Below are positions 20,200 to 30,124 of a stretch of DNA of 64,000 bases, piece by piece. Source of the DNA: Candidatus Bathyarchaeota archaeon (GTDB lineage: Archaea; Thermoproteota; Bathyarchaeia; Bathyarchaeales; Bathycorpusculaceae); the NCBI GenBank assembly GCA_963777155.1, contig CAVZPM010000036.1:32001-96000 (forward strand), in the 5' to 3' direction. A program made the translations under genes and the position numbers. The notes beneath the pieces were generated by a model. That model made no database searches. It worked only from the letters and a program-made list of their open reading frames with translations, and had not been told where the DNA came from. How positions within the stretch are numbered: position 1 is the first letter of the stretch; every line of letters starts with the position of its first letter.

Positions 20200-20275
20200 G
20201 CTGGGGTGGCCGAATCGCTGAGGCGGTAGCCTGCAGAGCTGCTCTATATGGGTTCAATTCCCATCCCCAGCTCCA
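20200..20275 (+). tRNA. tRNA-Cys(GCA), CCA encoded, atypical D-loop
   Basis: Acceptor GCTGGGG/CCCCAGC, U73, CCA; anticodon arm GTAGC-CTGCAGA-GCTGC; T arm ATGGG-TTCAATT-CCCAT. Confidence 0.9.
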
Positions 20276-20414
20276 CGGATATTTAGACATAATAACAAAA
20301 ACAAGCTTGCTTTTCTGGAATACTGCTGAAGGAAAAGTTGTTTTTGGGTTTAGACAAATTGAGTTGTTTGGTAACGTTGGAGATTTGTTCTATCAAGGTC
20401 TGCAATTTGTCTTT

Positions 20415-20739
20415 TTATGTCACCATTTCGATCAGTCTTACAAGCGTTTCTCTCGTCAATACTTTCCAAAGTAGGGATCTTTATATGCCTCATTGTTTTG
20501 CCGCTTCCTTCAAACATACTTATCTCATCATCACTCAATCCAGCGACTGCAAAACCGATATGAACGCAATTCTTCATAGCGGCAATGTAGAATTTACCTG
20601 ACGAAAACGTTACGACACCCCAAGCCATTTTTTCTTCGCAGTTTGGAAGCGTTTCTTGGAAGATTTTTCTTACTTTTTGTAGAATTTCCTTCTGAGGCGA
20701 TTTTTGCTTCTCTATATACGCATCAGCTTGTTTGCCCAC
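20415..20739 (-). CDS. DUF1801 (YdhG-like) protein; probable +1 indel near 20452
   Basis: DAYI..LQKVRKI..EKMAWG..HIGF..FEGSGKTMRHIK; removing one base gives the typical end IDEETLVRLIEMVT. Confidence 0.85.
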
Positions 20740-20958
20740 TCAATTCACTCCGTACTTGGTGATCTAATATTTGCAAACTTTTTGGATATAACACTAAACC
20801 CTTTGCTCGCTTAAAAATGGGTTTTGATGATGATGTCAAAAATGCAAAAATGTTTTAAAGAATTTTGGTAAAGTCTTCTGCAGCTTTAGTAATTAACTTC
20901 ACAACGAACTCATTTAACATCTCTGCGAAATTGCAGAAAGAAAGAACAAAAAAAGGTA

Positions 20959-22167
20959 TCAGAAGCTCACGAAGTTGAATTTAATTATTGAAACCACGCC
21001 CCACAAATTGACCAAAATACTCAGAATTATCAGAGCCTTTTCTTCCCAACCTAAGTTTTCTCTCATACCTTTTGCCGCGAGGAGTATAAGGAATGGCGTG
21101 AAGTCGAGGCTAAAGCGGTAGCCGAATTGGGTGAAGCCTACAGTGCCGTGGGTAATCAGGATGGGCAGAATACAGACTACAGCTAATGCAGCGTATTTGC
21201 TGAGTTTGTTCCATGGTCCTTTGAAGATGTAGATGAAAGCAGGTGTGGTGAAAAACAAGCCTAAGCCCACCCAATTTGGCTCAAAGTATGGGAAGCTGTT
21301 TAGTTGGATTGGCCCTTGGAACAGGATAGCGTAGATGTGACGCGGGATGTAGCTGAGGCTAAAGATTCCGTTTGTAAAGTAGGGGTCCTGCTCGATGCCT
21401 GGTATGAGCGTGTAGCCAAGGTCGGAGAAGACTCCCCAACGACCAAAATTATACAGTTCATACACGCCAACTAGTATGCCTAAACCTATCAGGAAATAGG
21501 CAATTTGTCTTAGTCTGGGTTTCCAGACGCTGTTTTGCTCATAAATTAGAAGCAGAAAGAATGGAAAAGAAAGCACCACTGGCAGCCGTGACAAGAACGC
21601 AAAGCCTAAAAGTAAACCTGTGATGAATGGACTTTTCTTGGAGAGAGCAAAAATTATGGCTAATGTCAGAAAAAGAACAGCTACGACATGCTCAATGTAC
21701 CAGGATGAACCAACCGATGCAATAAACCAAAAACATGTTCCGAAGCCAAAAAGAGCAGTTAACCAAACCGTTTTGCTTCCGTTCACACCAGTTTTCTTCA
21801 TCATGAACCAAGTGGCAGCGACGCAAAGGCATGCGAGAAATATCGACATTAAACCTTGGTCGAAAGATGTACCAAAAACAGCCACGAAGGGTAAAAGAAG
21901 AACCGCGGGCATCGGTGGATAGACAACATAGAAATTGCCGTGATAGGGTACGATTTCAGCAAGTGCTGTTCCACCGCCTGTCACACCCAACCTGCCATGG
22001 AGTAAAGCGTCAGCCAAATAAACAAAATGGTTTTGTCCTGGAGAAGGACCTTTAGTAAGTAAAAGAACCAGAAGGGCAACTAACACTATTATGAGGAGTT
22101 TGTAGCGAATCCTCAAGGATACCAATTTTTGATAGACTCGGGAAAAAGTTACTTTGATCTCGCTCAT
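20959..22167 (-). CDS. Multi-pass membrane protein, possible GT-C-fold glycosyltransferase
   Basis: About 10 TM segments; YPPMPAVL, LAFLSR, YNFGRWG, GYRF motifs typical of GT-C-like proteins. Confidence 0.7.
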   Translation of the reverse strand: MSEIKVTFSRVYQKLVSLRIRYKLLIIVLVALLVLLLTKGPSPGQNHFVYLADALLHGRLGVTGGGTALAEIVPYHGNFYVVYPPMPAVLLLPFVAVFGTSFDQGLMSIFLACLCVAATWFMMKKTGVNGSKTVWLTALFGFGTCFWFIASVGSSWYIEHVVAVLFLTLAIIFALSKKSPFITGLLLGFAFLSRLPVVLSFPFFLLLIYEQNSVWKPRLRQIAYFLIGLGILVGVYELYNFGRWGVFSDLGYTLIPGIEQDPYFTNGIFSLSYIPRHIYAILFQGPIQLNSFPYFEPNWVGLGLFFTTPAFIYIFKGPWNKLSKYAALAVVCILPILITHGTVGFTQFGYRFSLDFTPFLILLAAKGMRENLGWEEKALIILSILVNLWGVVSIIKFNFVSF

Positions 22168-22286
22168 TATTGTTACCTTCAGGTTTTGATTTAAGTGGGC
22201 TTTCCAATTAAGTCTTTTAGCTTTTTCGGATTTTACGGCAAGTTATTTTAGAGCAGACAGCCATATAATATCTGGAGGGTATCTTT

Positions 22287-22496
22287 GTGGCTGTTTTGGA
22301 ATGCCCCTTCTGCTACGAAATCCTCGAGGTACAACCGCCTAATCGACTTCATTCAGCTTTTTCCATAGAAAAACCAATGCTAAAAAGTTACCATGGAGAC
22401 ATCGTGAAAACCAAACATAAATGCCAAAATCCTGAATGCAAAAAACCAATAACCATTTTCTGGTATGCTCCACTAGAATATTTCAATAGACTTTAA
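22287..22496 (+). CDS. Small Zn-ribbon protein
   Basis: CPFC...CQNPEC; GGAGG upstream. Confidence 0.75.
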   Translation: MAVLECPFCYEILEVQPPNRLHSAFSIEKPMLKSYHGDIVKTKHKCQNPECKKPITIFWYAPLEYFNRL

Positions 22497-22536
22497 CTAA
22501 CCAAAGCATTTAGGGGAAAATAGAGTTAAAAATATA

Positions 22537-22558
22537 AGCCTCGGATAGACTTGAGGCT
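22537..22558. terminator. Hairpin between convergent genes
   Basis: AGCCTC-N10-GAGGCT (extendable with G.T pairs) between the gene ends at 22496 and 22565. Confidence 0.35.
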
Positions 22559-22564
22559 GGAAAA

Positions 22565-22990
22565 CTACTTGGCCCTTTTTGGTTGTTTACTAAAATATTC
22601 TTTTAGCGGAATCCAATAGAATTCTGACCAGCCATCGGAAGCCTCATCAGCTATTTCCTTCGGAACATTCGAGTGAACCATCACTATTTGGGTTCCCTTT
22701 GGAACTTCACAGAAAGTCAACTCTAGCCTGGATGGGGGGTAGCCTTCTGGAAAATCTGTAGACTGCCATTCTTGAATCACCCGTTTTCCCTCTTCAAGCT
22801 CGAGGAATTTGCCTGAGATGTATTCATCCCAAGCCGTAAATTTGCCGCCGACTACGGGTTTGCCTGTGGCTTCGCTGCCAGTAAATTCACTGTGTATTTT
22901 GGGGTCTACATAGGCTTCGTAGACTTGTTTGGGAGACACTTTAGGGATGATGATTTTTTGAGTTATTGTCGTTGTTTCTAATTTGTTCAA
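22565..22990 (-). CDS. SRPBCC/AHSA1-like protein
   Basis: VYEAYVD, GGKFTAWD..ISG, W..FYW.PLK.YF. Confidence 0.9.
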   Translation of the reverse strand: MNKLETTTITQKIIIPKVSPKQVYEAYVDPKIHSEFTGSEATGKPVVGGKFTAWDEYISGKFLELEEGKRVIQEWQSTDFPEGYPPSRLELTFCEVPKGTQIVMVHSNVPKEIADEASDGWSEFYWIPLKEYFSKQPKRAK

Positions 22991-23061
22991 AATCTCACGA
23001 CCACTTACTATTAGGTTGGAAGGGTTTTTTAACTTTGACGCTTAATTATCGGTGACTAAAA

Positions 23062-23265
23062 ATGGGAAGATGCACCGCTACAAGAGGAGAACGTAGAATC
23101 GGCAGAACCATCTACAAGCTCGGAAACAGCGTTGAGTTAAGCAGCAAAGAAGGCAAGGCGAAGCTGGATGAACAAAAATACAAGCAGAAAACCCAAGCCT
23201 CCCAAGGATACGCTGATGATTCGCCAATTCAGAATTTACGTGATTCTTCAAAACATAGCAAGTAA
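23062..23265 (+). CDS. Small basic hypothetical protein
   Basis: 67-aa ORF with GGTGA RBS-like motif upstream. Confidence 0.5.
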   Translation: MGRCTATRGERRIGRTIYKLGNSVELSSKEGKAKLDEQKYKQKTQASQGYADDSPIQNLRDSSKHSK

Positions 23266-23373
23266 ACTCTTTAGAACTATCCTTTCGTCTCTTATAGTAC
23301 CTGTGACTGTTTAGTTGCAACCACACAGACTTAATTCCTTTAAGCCCTCACAGTCAAGTGGTGAATTGATTTT

Positions 23374-23679
23374 ATGACTGAAAATATTAATGATCCTCTA
23401 AAGGTTGCTAGTAACGTCTACAAGTTAAAGATGGAGAATAACCGTGTACGCGTATTCGAAGTTACTTTTAAGCCCGGCGATAAAGCCGTGATGCATCACC
23501 ATCCTGACCACGTTGTCTATGTGTTATCCGGTGGAAAGATGAAGTTAACCAGCAATGGAAAAACTGATATTTTAAATCTAGCAGATGGAGACACAATTTT
23601 TCTTAACACACAATCGCATGAAGCAGAAAACATCGGACAATCAACACTTAAGCTCTTAGTGGTTGAACTAAAGAAGTAA
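23374..23679 (+). CDS. Cupin-domain protein
   Basis: ENNRVRV, PGD..MHHHP, HEAENIG, VELK. Confidence 0.9.
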   Translation: MTENINDPLKVASNVYKLKMENNRVRVFEVTFKPGDKAVMHHHPDHVVYVLSGGKMKLTSNGKTDILNLADGDTIFLNTQSHEAENIGQSTLKLLVVELKK

Positions 23680-23719
23680 CGTAAGTAGTCTCTAACGCTT
23701 CATTCTTACGGGAATTTAT

Positions 23720-24079
23720 TTGTCAGCCTCATTGAACCAGCAAACAAATTGGAACTATAGAAAAACAGAAGAAAGACTAGTCGTCATAAAAACCAAAAGC
23801 CAGAAGGTACGCAAAGCTGCAGCACAGGACATTCTAACTAACCTACCGTTCACAATAGAAATTCCAGAAAACATCTACATTGAAGATTTGCAAGAGGAAA
23901 AAGAATACTTAGCCCACCTAAAAGTCTACACATCTACCAATCTTGCAGGAATTGATACAGAATTCATAAATTTCTTCGATACCATAGACATCGATCAACC
24001 CATCGAGAATTTTATTAAGGCATATTGGGTTTACCCCAGCAAAATACGCTTTGAACTAACCGATCTCGAAGAACCCTGA
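23720..24079 (+). CDS. Hypothetical protein
   Basis: 119-aa ORF with typical codon bias; true start may be later. Confidence 0.65.
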   Translation: MSASLNQQTNWNYRKTEERLVVIKTKSQKVRKAAAQDILTNLPFTIEIPENIYIEDLQEEKEYLAHLKVYTSTNLAGIDTEFINFFDTIDIDQPIENFIKAYWVYPSKIRFELTDLEEP

Positions 24080-24213
24080 CACATTTTTCCAACAGGTTGT
24101 TAGGTGAAAGTTACAATTCTAGTAACGCCAATAAGCATACATGAAAATTGGGGGTTTTTTTTATCTGAAGATCAACGTTTTAACCTCCAATCGAGAGGCT
24201 ATGAACGGTTGGT

Positions 24214-25119
24214 TTATCGAAGTACCATGTTGACGAATTTCTCAGGGTTAAACAGTTCCAGGTCCTTGTAGGTTTGTCCCACTCCGATGAACAGAATTGG
24301 TCTTTGCGTCACGTAGGTCACGCTTAGGGCTGAACCGCCTTTCACGTCGGCATCTACCTTGGTTAGGATAGTTGCGTCGATACAGATTGCTTTGTTGAAT
24401 TCTTCAGCCTGCATAACAGCGTCATTACCGATAAGCGAGTCAACCACGAAAACGGTTAAGTCAGGACATACAACACGCTTAATCTTTACGAGTTCATTCA
24501 TCAAGTTCTGGTTCGTCTGCATTCTACCTGCAGTATCAATCAAGACAATGTTTAAGCCATGTGCTTTCGCGTGACTTACAGCGTCATAAGCTACTGCGGC
24601 TGGGTCACCGCCATAAATACTCTTAATTACACGTATACCCAGACGTTTGCCGTGCTCTTCCAACTGTTCAATTGAGCCTGCTCGATAAGTGTCAGCGGCA
24701 GCAAGCAGAACTGAAAAGCTCTTGTCCCTCAGGAACTGGGCAACCTTGGCTATGGTAGTTGTTTTTCCAGTGCCGTTGATTCCAACAAACATTAAAGTGA
24801 AGGGCTCCTTTTTTTGGCGTTTCTCTTCTGCCAACTTTAAAAGGTCGATTCTTTTGTTCGTTAACATTACGTCCAAAAGAACTTGCCTCAGGTTATCTTC
24901 AACAATTTTCTTTCGGTCATCTAAACGTTTAACCGAAACACCTGCCAAACGCTTCTCCATTTCCTCGCAGATTTTGTCTGCAACTTGGTAGGCAACGTCG
25001 TTTTCGGCAAGGCTCATCTTAAAATCTGATAAAATAGGAGATAAATTTTCTGTTTTAAGCTCAATCGTCGTTACTTTACTTACTAGACCTTTAAACCCAG
25101 ACTTGAGCTTCTCAAACAT
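24214..25119 (-). CDS. ftsY: Signal recognition particle receptor FtsY
   Basis: GINGTGKTT, DTYRAG, DTAGR, TKVDADVKGG. Confidence 0.97.
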   Translation of the reverse strand: MFEKLKSGFKGLVSKVTTIELKTENLSPILSDFKMSLAENDVAYQVADKICEEMEKRLAGVSVKRLDDRKKIVEDNLRQVLLDVMLTNKRIDLLKLAEEKRQKKEPFTLMFVGINGTGKTTTIAKVAQFLRDKSFSVLLAAADTYRAGSIEQLEEHGKRLGIRVIKSIYGGDPAAVAYDAVSHAKAHGLNIVLIDTAGRMQTNQNLMNELVKIKRVVCPDLTVFVVDSLIGNDAVMQAEEFNKAICIDATILTKVDADVKGGSALSVTYVTQRPILFIGVGQTYKDLELFNPEKFVNMVLR

Positions 25120-25123
25120 TTAG

Positions 25124-25579
25124 CTACTGGTTCCCTTCTCGTGCGCTGGAAAGCAGAGTCTCAAGTCGGCCTCTGCCGGTGTTGATTCTTTCAGCCACTT
25201 GACTGAACTGTTGTTGGGCTGCATGCATAGTTTTCTCCAGCTCATCTAGGCGTTCTTTAAGGGTAGTTCTTGCTTGAGAAAGAGTTTGTTCAACCGATAC
25301 GCCAGAACCCAAGCCTATTATTACTTTGTTTGCATCTGCCAACTTTACTTTGACATAGGAGCTTCCGCCAATTGGAACCAACATTTCAGTGTTTTCTTTC
25401 TCTTTTTCTATCCCGTCAAGAGTCATGTTAGCGTAGTTTATGTCAGTTAATGCTGAGTTGACCATGCCTATGCGTTGTTGCAGAGCATCTGCGGTTTGCT
25501 CTAGATAACGCATTTCCATGCTGAGTCTACGAAGTTCCTCTTCAGCTTGAGCTCTCTGCGCCAAGATTTTATTCCCCAC
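25124..25579 (-). CDS. pfdA: Prefoldin alpha subunit
   Basis: Coiled coils flanking LVPIGGSSYV..VIIGLGSGVSVE; conserved synteny. Confidence 0.94.
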   Translation of the reverse strand: MGNKILAQRAQAEEELRRLSMEMRYLEQTADALQQRIGMVNSALTDINYANMTLDGIEKEKENTEMLVPIGGSSYVKVKLADANKVIIGLGSGVSVEQTLSQARTTLKERLDELEKTMHAAQQQFSQVAERINTGRGRLETLLSSAREGNQ

Positions 25580-25796
25580 TAACGATTTTCTTTAAGATGG
25601 GGTTTTTGATTTGGTCAACAGAAATTTCTTCTGAGCTTACAATTTTGATATGGTGACGTTTCACACGGTGTCTGCTGCCTATTTCTGCGTAGACTTTTTC
25701 GACTGCGTGTTCGCTTTTGTCAGCTAAGAGTTCTCGAACAAATGGAGTTTTGAGATTTGGCTTGTTGATTTTGCCAGTTACTTTGAAAGTTTTCAT
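25569..25796 (-). CDS. rpl18a: 50S ribosomal protein eL20 (L18a/LX)
   Basis: AVEKVYAEIGSRHRVKR; synteny. Confidence 0.93.
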   Translation of the reverse strand: MKTFKVTGKINKPNLKTPFVRELLADKSEHAVEKVYAEIGSRHRVKRHHIKIVSSEEISVDQIKNPILKKIVSGE

Positions 25797-26476
25797 TTTT
25801 CTTCTTCCTGCACAACATCCAGTGCGTTCCCAATTATAAACATCTCGGGTCCAGTTGTCATAGAACCAGCCACAGCTGCATGACTATTAGCGATTAAGCC
25901 TGTGCCAACGTAGGGGACACCGCAGTTTACTGTACCAACGTCAACTGGAACTTTGAGGATCTTTTCCAAGGTTTTCTTTTCCTCAGCGGTCAGCATCGGA
26001 TGAGCCAGTACGCCTTTGTTGGTGGCTACAGCCAAAGAGCCAACGTACGGTAACCCTGCGATTTCTGTTGGCACCGCTTCTACACCTAGTGTTTCGGAGA
26101 TTTTTTTGATTTCCGTTTCTTTGAAGCGTGGATCAACAACTGCGCCTTTATCGTTTGCTAAAATTAGGTTGCCGTATGCGTTTTTTTTGGTTTCCATGAT
26201 GGTTATATTGCCTTTGTAAGCTGCTTTTATCTTTTCAAGCTCTTCTTCCCTGACGGCGTTGTGAATTAACATGCCGTTGGAGTTTGCGCATGTTAACGCA
26301 CCGATAAGAACTGAGCCGCTGATTGAGGTGTAGACGAGTTCTGCTTGGAGCCAGTCAGCGTATTCTTGGGCTTTCTGTTTGGGAACTATAACTGGAATTA
26401 TTACTATGTTTTCGGTTGCTAGCGAGTATACGCCTATGCTTGCGCTTCCGACTATGCTTGATAAGTAAACGGTCAA
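25793..26476 (-). CDS. eif6: Translation initiation factor aIF6
   Basis: IGVY, ANSNG, GNLILANDKG, GTVNCG. Confidence 0.96.
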   Translation of the reverse strand: MTVYLSSIVGSASIGVYSLATENIVIIPVIVPKQKAQEYADWLQAELVYTSISGSVLIGALTCANSNGMLIHNAVREEELEKIKAAYKGNITIMETKKNAYGNLILANDKGAVVDPRFKETEIKKISETLGVEAVPTEIAGLPYVGSLAVATNKGVLAHPMLTAEEKKTLEKILKVPVDVGTVNCGVPYVGTGLIANSHAAVAGSMTTGPEMFIIGNALDVVQEEEK

Positions 26477-26593
26477 GAAATATTTCTCCTTGGGTGGTGA
26501 TGATGTTGTTGGCGAAAGGTGTCTTTGTTCTTCCTATTTTAGGTTGTGGTTAACATGGAATAATAGAAACAGAATTGTTTGAAAAGAAGGAAA

Positions 26594-27076
26594 TTATTGT
26601 TTGGTTTCAGCCAAGTAGACGGTTACGTTGCCATCTTTATCCTTGGTCACGCGAGTCTTAATTTTGCGTGGAGGCTTCTCGATTCCTCTGTCCCAAACCT
26701 TCTCATTAACCTCTTTGCTAATGACCAGTTGAGGCAACTCTTCTTCTTCCTCTTCCTCAGAAACCTTCATCTCAAGCTTCATGTGTTTAGTAACAAAGAT
26801 TTTGATAAGCTGCATCGCGCGTGGAGCACGTTTCTTTGGTGGACGAACCAGTGCTTTCTGCAGTGGAATTGTATAGAATCTTTCTTCAACGATTTCTTCT
26901 TCTTTCTTCTTCTTTTTCTTTGTGACAGCTTCCTCTTTTTCCTCTGCCGCTTCTTCTACTGCTGGAACCTGCTCTTTAATGGCTTCTTCAGCTACAAGTT
27001 CTTCCTCTGGCATCTCTGCTAATTCTTCAGTTTCTTCCTCTTTTATTGCTTGAGTAACTTTAGTTTCTTTGGCCAT
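26594..27076 (-). CDS. rpl31e: 50S ribosomal protein eL31 with acidic N-terminal extension
   Basis: ERFYTIPL, KRAPRA, VNEKVWDRGIEKPPRKI. Confidence 0.95.
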   Translation of the reverse strand: MAKETKVTQAIKEEETEELAEMPEEELVAEEAIKEQVPAVEEAAEEKEEAVTKKKKKKEEEIVEERFYTIPLQKALVRPPKKRAPRAMQLIKIFVTKHMKLEMKVSEEEEEEELPQLVISKEVNEKVWDRGIEKPPRKIKTRVTKDKDGNVTVYLAETKQ

Positions 27077-27091
27077 GGCTTCCTAATTCTC

Positions 27092-27250
27092 CTATGCTCT
27101 TATCTTCCTTGTTCTCCAATTGCGTCTCTGCTTTGGGTTATTCCTGACTTTACCGTCAGTTCTGGCAATTACCCATGTTGGAACGGACTGTGATTCTTTG
27201 CCAGCTTTGGCTAATCGGAGTTTTTTTCCTGGTGGTTTGACTCTTGCCAT
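27092..27250 (-). CDS. rpl39e: 50S ribosomal protein eL39 (absent from the ORF track)
   Basis: Hand translation [52 protein letters not shown]. Confidence 0.95.
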   Translation of the reverse strand: MARVKPPGKKLRLAKAGKESQSVPTWVIARTDGKVRNNPKQRRNWRTRKIRA

Positions 27251-27252
27251 TT

Positions 27253-27585
27253 CTATATCCTTCTGATTTGTGTCTCTCGCTTCCGTGATTGAAGCTGAAC
27301 TAGGATCTGTTTGAGCTGTGCGTCTGAAAGTGGAATGGGCAACTTTCCGGTTTGCGCCATCTCAATCAGCTGCATCTCAATATTTTCGGTGAAGTCTTTT
27401 TTAACCATTTTCAGGTTATTTAGCCTTTGCCGAGCTTCAGGCGCCAATATCTTGCTAAGCAACGCCTCTTTTTGTGCTTCGTATTGTTGTTCTGCTTGAG
27501 CTTGCCTTTGCTCATCACTCATGCGACGGTTCTGCATCGACAAAAGTTTTCGTTTACGGATTTGGTCAAGCTCATCATCAGACAT
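27253..27585 (-). CDS. PDCD5-family DNA-binding protein
   Basis: [27 protein letters not shown]; synteny. Confidence 0.93.
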   Translation of the reverse strand: MSDDELDQIRKRKLLSMQNRRMSDEQRQAQAEQQYEAQKEALLSKILAPEARQRLNNLKMVKKDFTENIEMQLIEMAQTGKLPIPLSDAQLKQILVQLQSRKRETQIRRI

Positions 27586-27590
27586 TGCTT

Positions 27591-28055
27591 CTATTCGCCT
27601 TGATACTTCTTGAGCTCAGGGATAGTTTTAACTATTTCTTTTGATAAGTCTCCAGCGATTTCTTGAAGCAGTTTGCGTCCTTTTGGACTCATAACTCTTC
27701 CTTTTGGCTTTGAAATCTGAACTAAACCTGCAGTTTCAAGTTGCTGCAGCACCTTACGGATATCGCTTCCACCAGCTTTCACAACGCGGTTAGGCTTGCT
27801 GCCTCTATTCTTTTTTCCGCCGTATTCAGCACGCAGTTTTTCAAGCCCGATGGGACCATGAATGTAGACTTTGCGTAGAATAGAAGCGCTACGTGTGTAC
27901 CACCAGTTAGGGCTTTGTGGTTGTTTTTCAACATGCATACCTGTTTTAGCGAAGGTTGCCCATGGAAGAGGTTGAATTTCGTCAACGTTTTCCCTAAGAT
28001 ACTTGGCTAATCTATCGATGAATTTTGAAGCTGGAACGTCATGAGGAGTGGTCAA
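27591..28055 (-). CDS. rps19e: 30S ribosomal protein eS19
   Basis: TTPHDVP, WWYTRSASILRKVY, YGG, LQQLE; probable TTG start. Confidence 0.96.
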   Translation of the reverse strand: MTTPHDVPASKFIDRLAKYLRENVDEIQPLPWATFAKTGMHVEKQPQSPNWWYTRSASILRKVYIHGPIGLEKLRAEYGGKKNRGSKPNRVVKAGGSDIRKVLQQLETAGLVQISKPKGRVMSPKGRKLLQEIAGDLSKEIVKTIPELKKYQGE

Positions 28056-28179
28056 AGATGCTCTATCCTTTGGTTTTTCCTTGCAGTTAAACATTGACGA
28101 CTAATATAAATATTCTCTGGGCAAATATTGTAGGTTACGCGTGGAGGGTTATTTGGTTAGTTTTAGTTTTTAATCTATC

Positions 28180-28399
28180 TTCCGGGAAAAAGCTTCCCCT
28201 TAGAAAGCCAATCGACTAAAAACGTGCTTCAACCTTACCCCTGCTCCCTGATCAGCAAAAACCAGCGCCCTTACCTCCACGCAACCACGCATAAACCGTT
28301 CAAAAGCACCCGTCACCGTGCAGCCACTGCCAGAACAATCGCCTTGAAATCGCCATAGAGCGAGGGGTCAAACCTTAACCGATAGTAACCCTTAGCCAT
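28180..28399 (-). pseudogene. Degenerate remnant of a small, possibly ribbon-helix-helix-like gene
   Basis: MAKGYYRLRFDPSLYGDFKAIV continues in shifted frames as GSGCTVTGAFERFMRGCVE and then LVDWLSKGKLF. Confidence 0.4.
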
Positions 28400-28540
28400 A
28401 ATCACCCACTGTATAAACAAAATGTATAAACAAACCATATAAGCTCCCGCCCCAGCAAAAAAGAAGTCACACACACATTCCCCAACTAAAAAAACACAAC
28501 CTAAAAACACCCAAACCCAAAGATTAAATTAACAAGAAGA

Positions 28541-28855
28541 TTACGGGATGGTTTTGGGTTCATCCGGCTCTACGGCTTTGCGTTTTCTGAAGAGAATGAA
28601 CACGTGTCCTCTGACCTCAACTAAGGCAGCGTTGGTTTGTTCAGCTGCGTTAGCCGCAATTGCTTGAGCCGTAACTTCACCCTGCATTGCAGCGGGCAAA
28701 ATGCGTACCTTAACCATCTTGTTTTTCTGAAGTTGTTTTTCCATTTCCGCGGCTAGCTGAGGCGTCAATCCTTCTTTGCCAACCCAAATCGTTGGGTTCT
28801 CATCTTTCAGTACGTGCCTAACGTGGCGTTTCATTCTGGTTGTTATCTTGCTCAA
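28541..28855 (-). CDS. yhbY: YhbY/CRM RNA-binding protein
   Basis: PTIWVGKEGLT, MVKVRIL, VEVRGHVFILFR. Confidence 0.92.
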   Translation of the reverse strand: MSKITTRMKRHVRHVLKDENPTIWVGKEGLTPQLAAEMEKQLQKNKMVKVRILPAAMQGEVTAQAIAANAAEQTNAALVEVRGHVFILFRKRKAVEPDEPKTIP

Positions 28856-29177
28856 ATTCGTTGTTCTCCTTTTTCTTTAACATTATGCGTGTTTGGTTGC
28901 CGCAGTTTAAACATGTTATTACAACATGAGGCTCCCTTTTCTGCTTTACCCTAACCCGGCAGTTAACACCATGCACAAAGAGGCTGTTGCATTCTTTGCA
29001 GGTTTCCCGCCGAAAATCCAGTGGCATACGAATCCTTGCCGCCATGGCAATCCGCCTGGCCGAAGCAACATACTGCATCGCCAATTTAGGGTCCTCTCTA
29101 CGCACTTTCTTGGCTTGCTCAAACAGAATCGCTATCCGTTGCCGCGCAATTTGTTTAACATTGGCTTGCTGATTCAT
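28818..29177 (-). CDS. rnp4: Ribonuclease P protein component 4 (Rpp21)
   Basis: IARQRI.ILF, CKEC, VITCLNCG..R. Confidence 0.94.
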   Translation of the reverse strand: MNQQANVKQIARQRIAILFEQAKKVRREDPKLAMQYVASARRIAMAARIRMPLDFRRETCKECNSLFVHGVNCRVRVKQKREPHVVITCLNCGNQTRIMLKKKENNEFEQDNNQNETPR

Positions 29178-29233
29178 CGACTCTACCAAACAACCTCAAA
29201 AGCTCGGTCCAATTACATAACACTTGCGCCCAA

Positions 29234-30124
29234 TCACGAAACTTTTTGGGAAAGCTCAAACTTTAGCTGCTCAAGAGCTTTATCCATCGTTAACGGCTTG
29301 CAACGCAGGGCTTTTTGGGCTTTGGAAGTGTCCAATGAGGAATCAGCTGGACGTTTAGCTGGCCAAGTAAACTGCGAGGATAATACCTTATCGATTAGAC
29401 CCATGTCTAAGCCGAATGCTTCGGCGATTTGGGCTGGCAAACTCGAATCTGCTAACCCGTGTGGCACCACACAGATGGTAAATACCAGTTAGTCTGCGCT
29501 CTGCCACTTCAAGAGTCATCTCAGCCAAATTCGTGTTAAGTGTAGGTGTGTTCCATTGGTCAGTTACAATCTTGACTCTTTCGCCTTTTCGCAGGGTTTC
29601 GATTAGCCAGAGGGCAAAGTTGACTTTTCCCGCTGCCGGGGTAGAACCATAGATAACGCTTGGGCGGGCAATGAAGTATTCAGATTGGGTCTGGACGATT
29701 TCTTCTGCTTTAAGCTTGGTTAAGCCATAGTAGTTGATTGGGTCAGGTTTGTCGGTTTCTTTGTAGTTGCCTTTTTCACCGCTAAAGACGTAGTCTGTAG
29801 AAATATAGATTAAAAAAGACCCTGCGTTTGTGCAGCTTCTACAATGTTTTTTGTGCCCTCAACGTTTACTTTCCAAGCGAGCTCCTTGTTTGTCTCACAT
29901 TTATCGACATCAGTCAAGGTTGCTGCATGGACCACAACGTCTGGCTTTATGGTTTTGAAAGCTTCCTCGACCTGATGCTTCCCAGAAATGTCCAGTTTAA
30001 CAAAGTTGCCGTAGACCGATAGGCTCTGAATATCGGAGGAGTAAACCTCAATGCCCTTGGCTAACGCCAACTTTGCAAGTTTGGAACCGTAAAGCCCGCT
30101 TGCACCCGTAATCAGAAGCTTCAA
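29234..30124 (-). pseudogene. rfbD: dTDP-4-dehydrorhamnose reductase with two frameshifts (~29825, ~29435)
   Basis: LLITGASGLYG..HAA.TDVDKCE / YISTDYVFSG..YGLTKL..DQWNTPT / AKRPADSSLD in three frames. Confidence 0.88.

Noticed and set aside
20200-20275. tRNA-Sec or tRNA-Pyl
   Set aside because: Anticodon GCA, 7-bp acceptor stem and short variable loop indicate Cys
3289-20275. Integrated element or provirus at either tRNA
   Set aside because: No duplicated tRNA 3' end found by eye and no intact integrase or viral genes in the window
20130-20474. 114-aa ORF in the track
   Set aside because: Overlaps tRNA-Cys and is antisense to the DUF1801 gene; spurious
28926-29492. 188-aa plus-strand ORF
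   Set aside because: Antisense to rnp4 and rfbD; spurious
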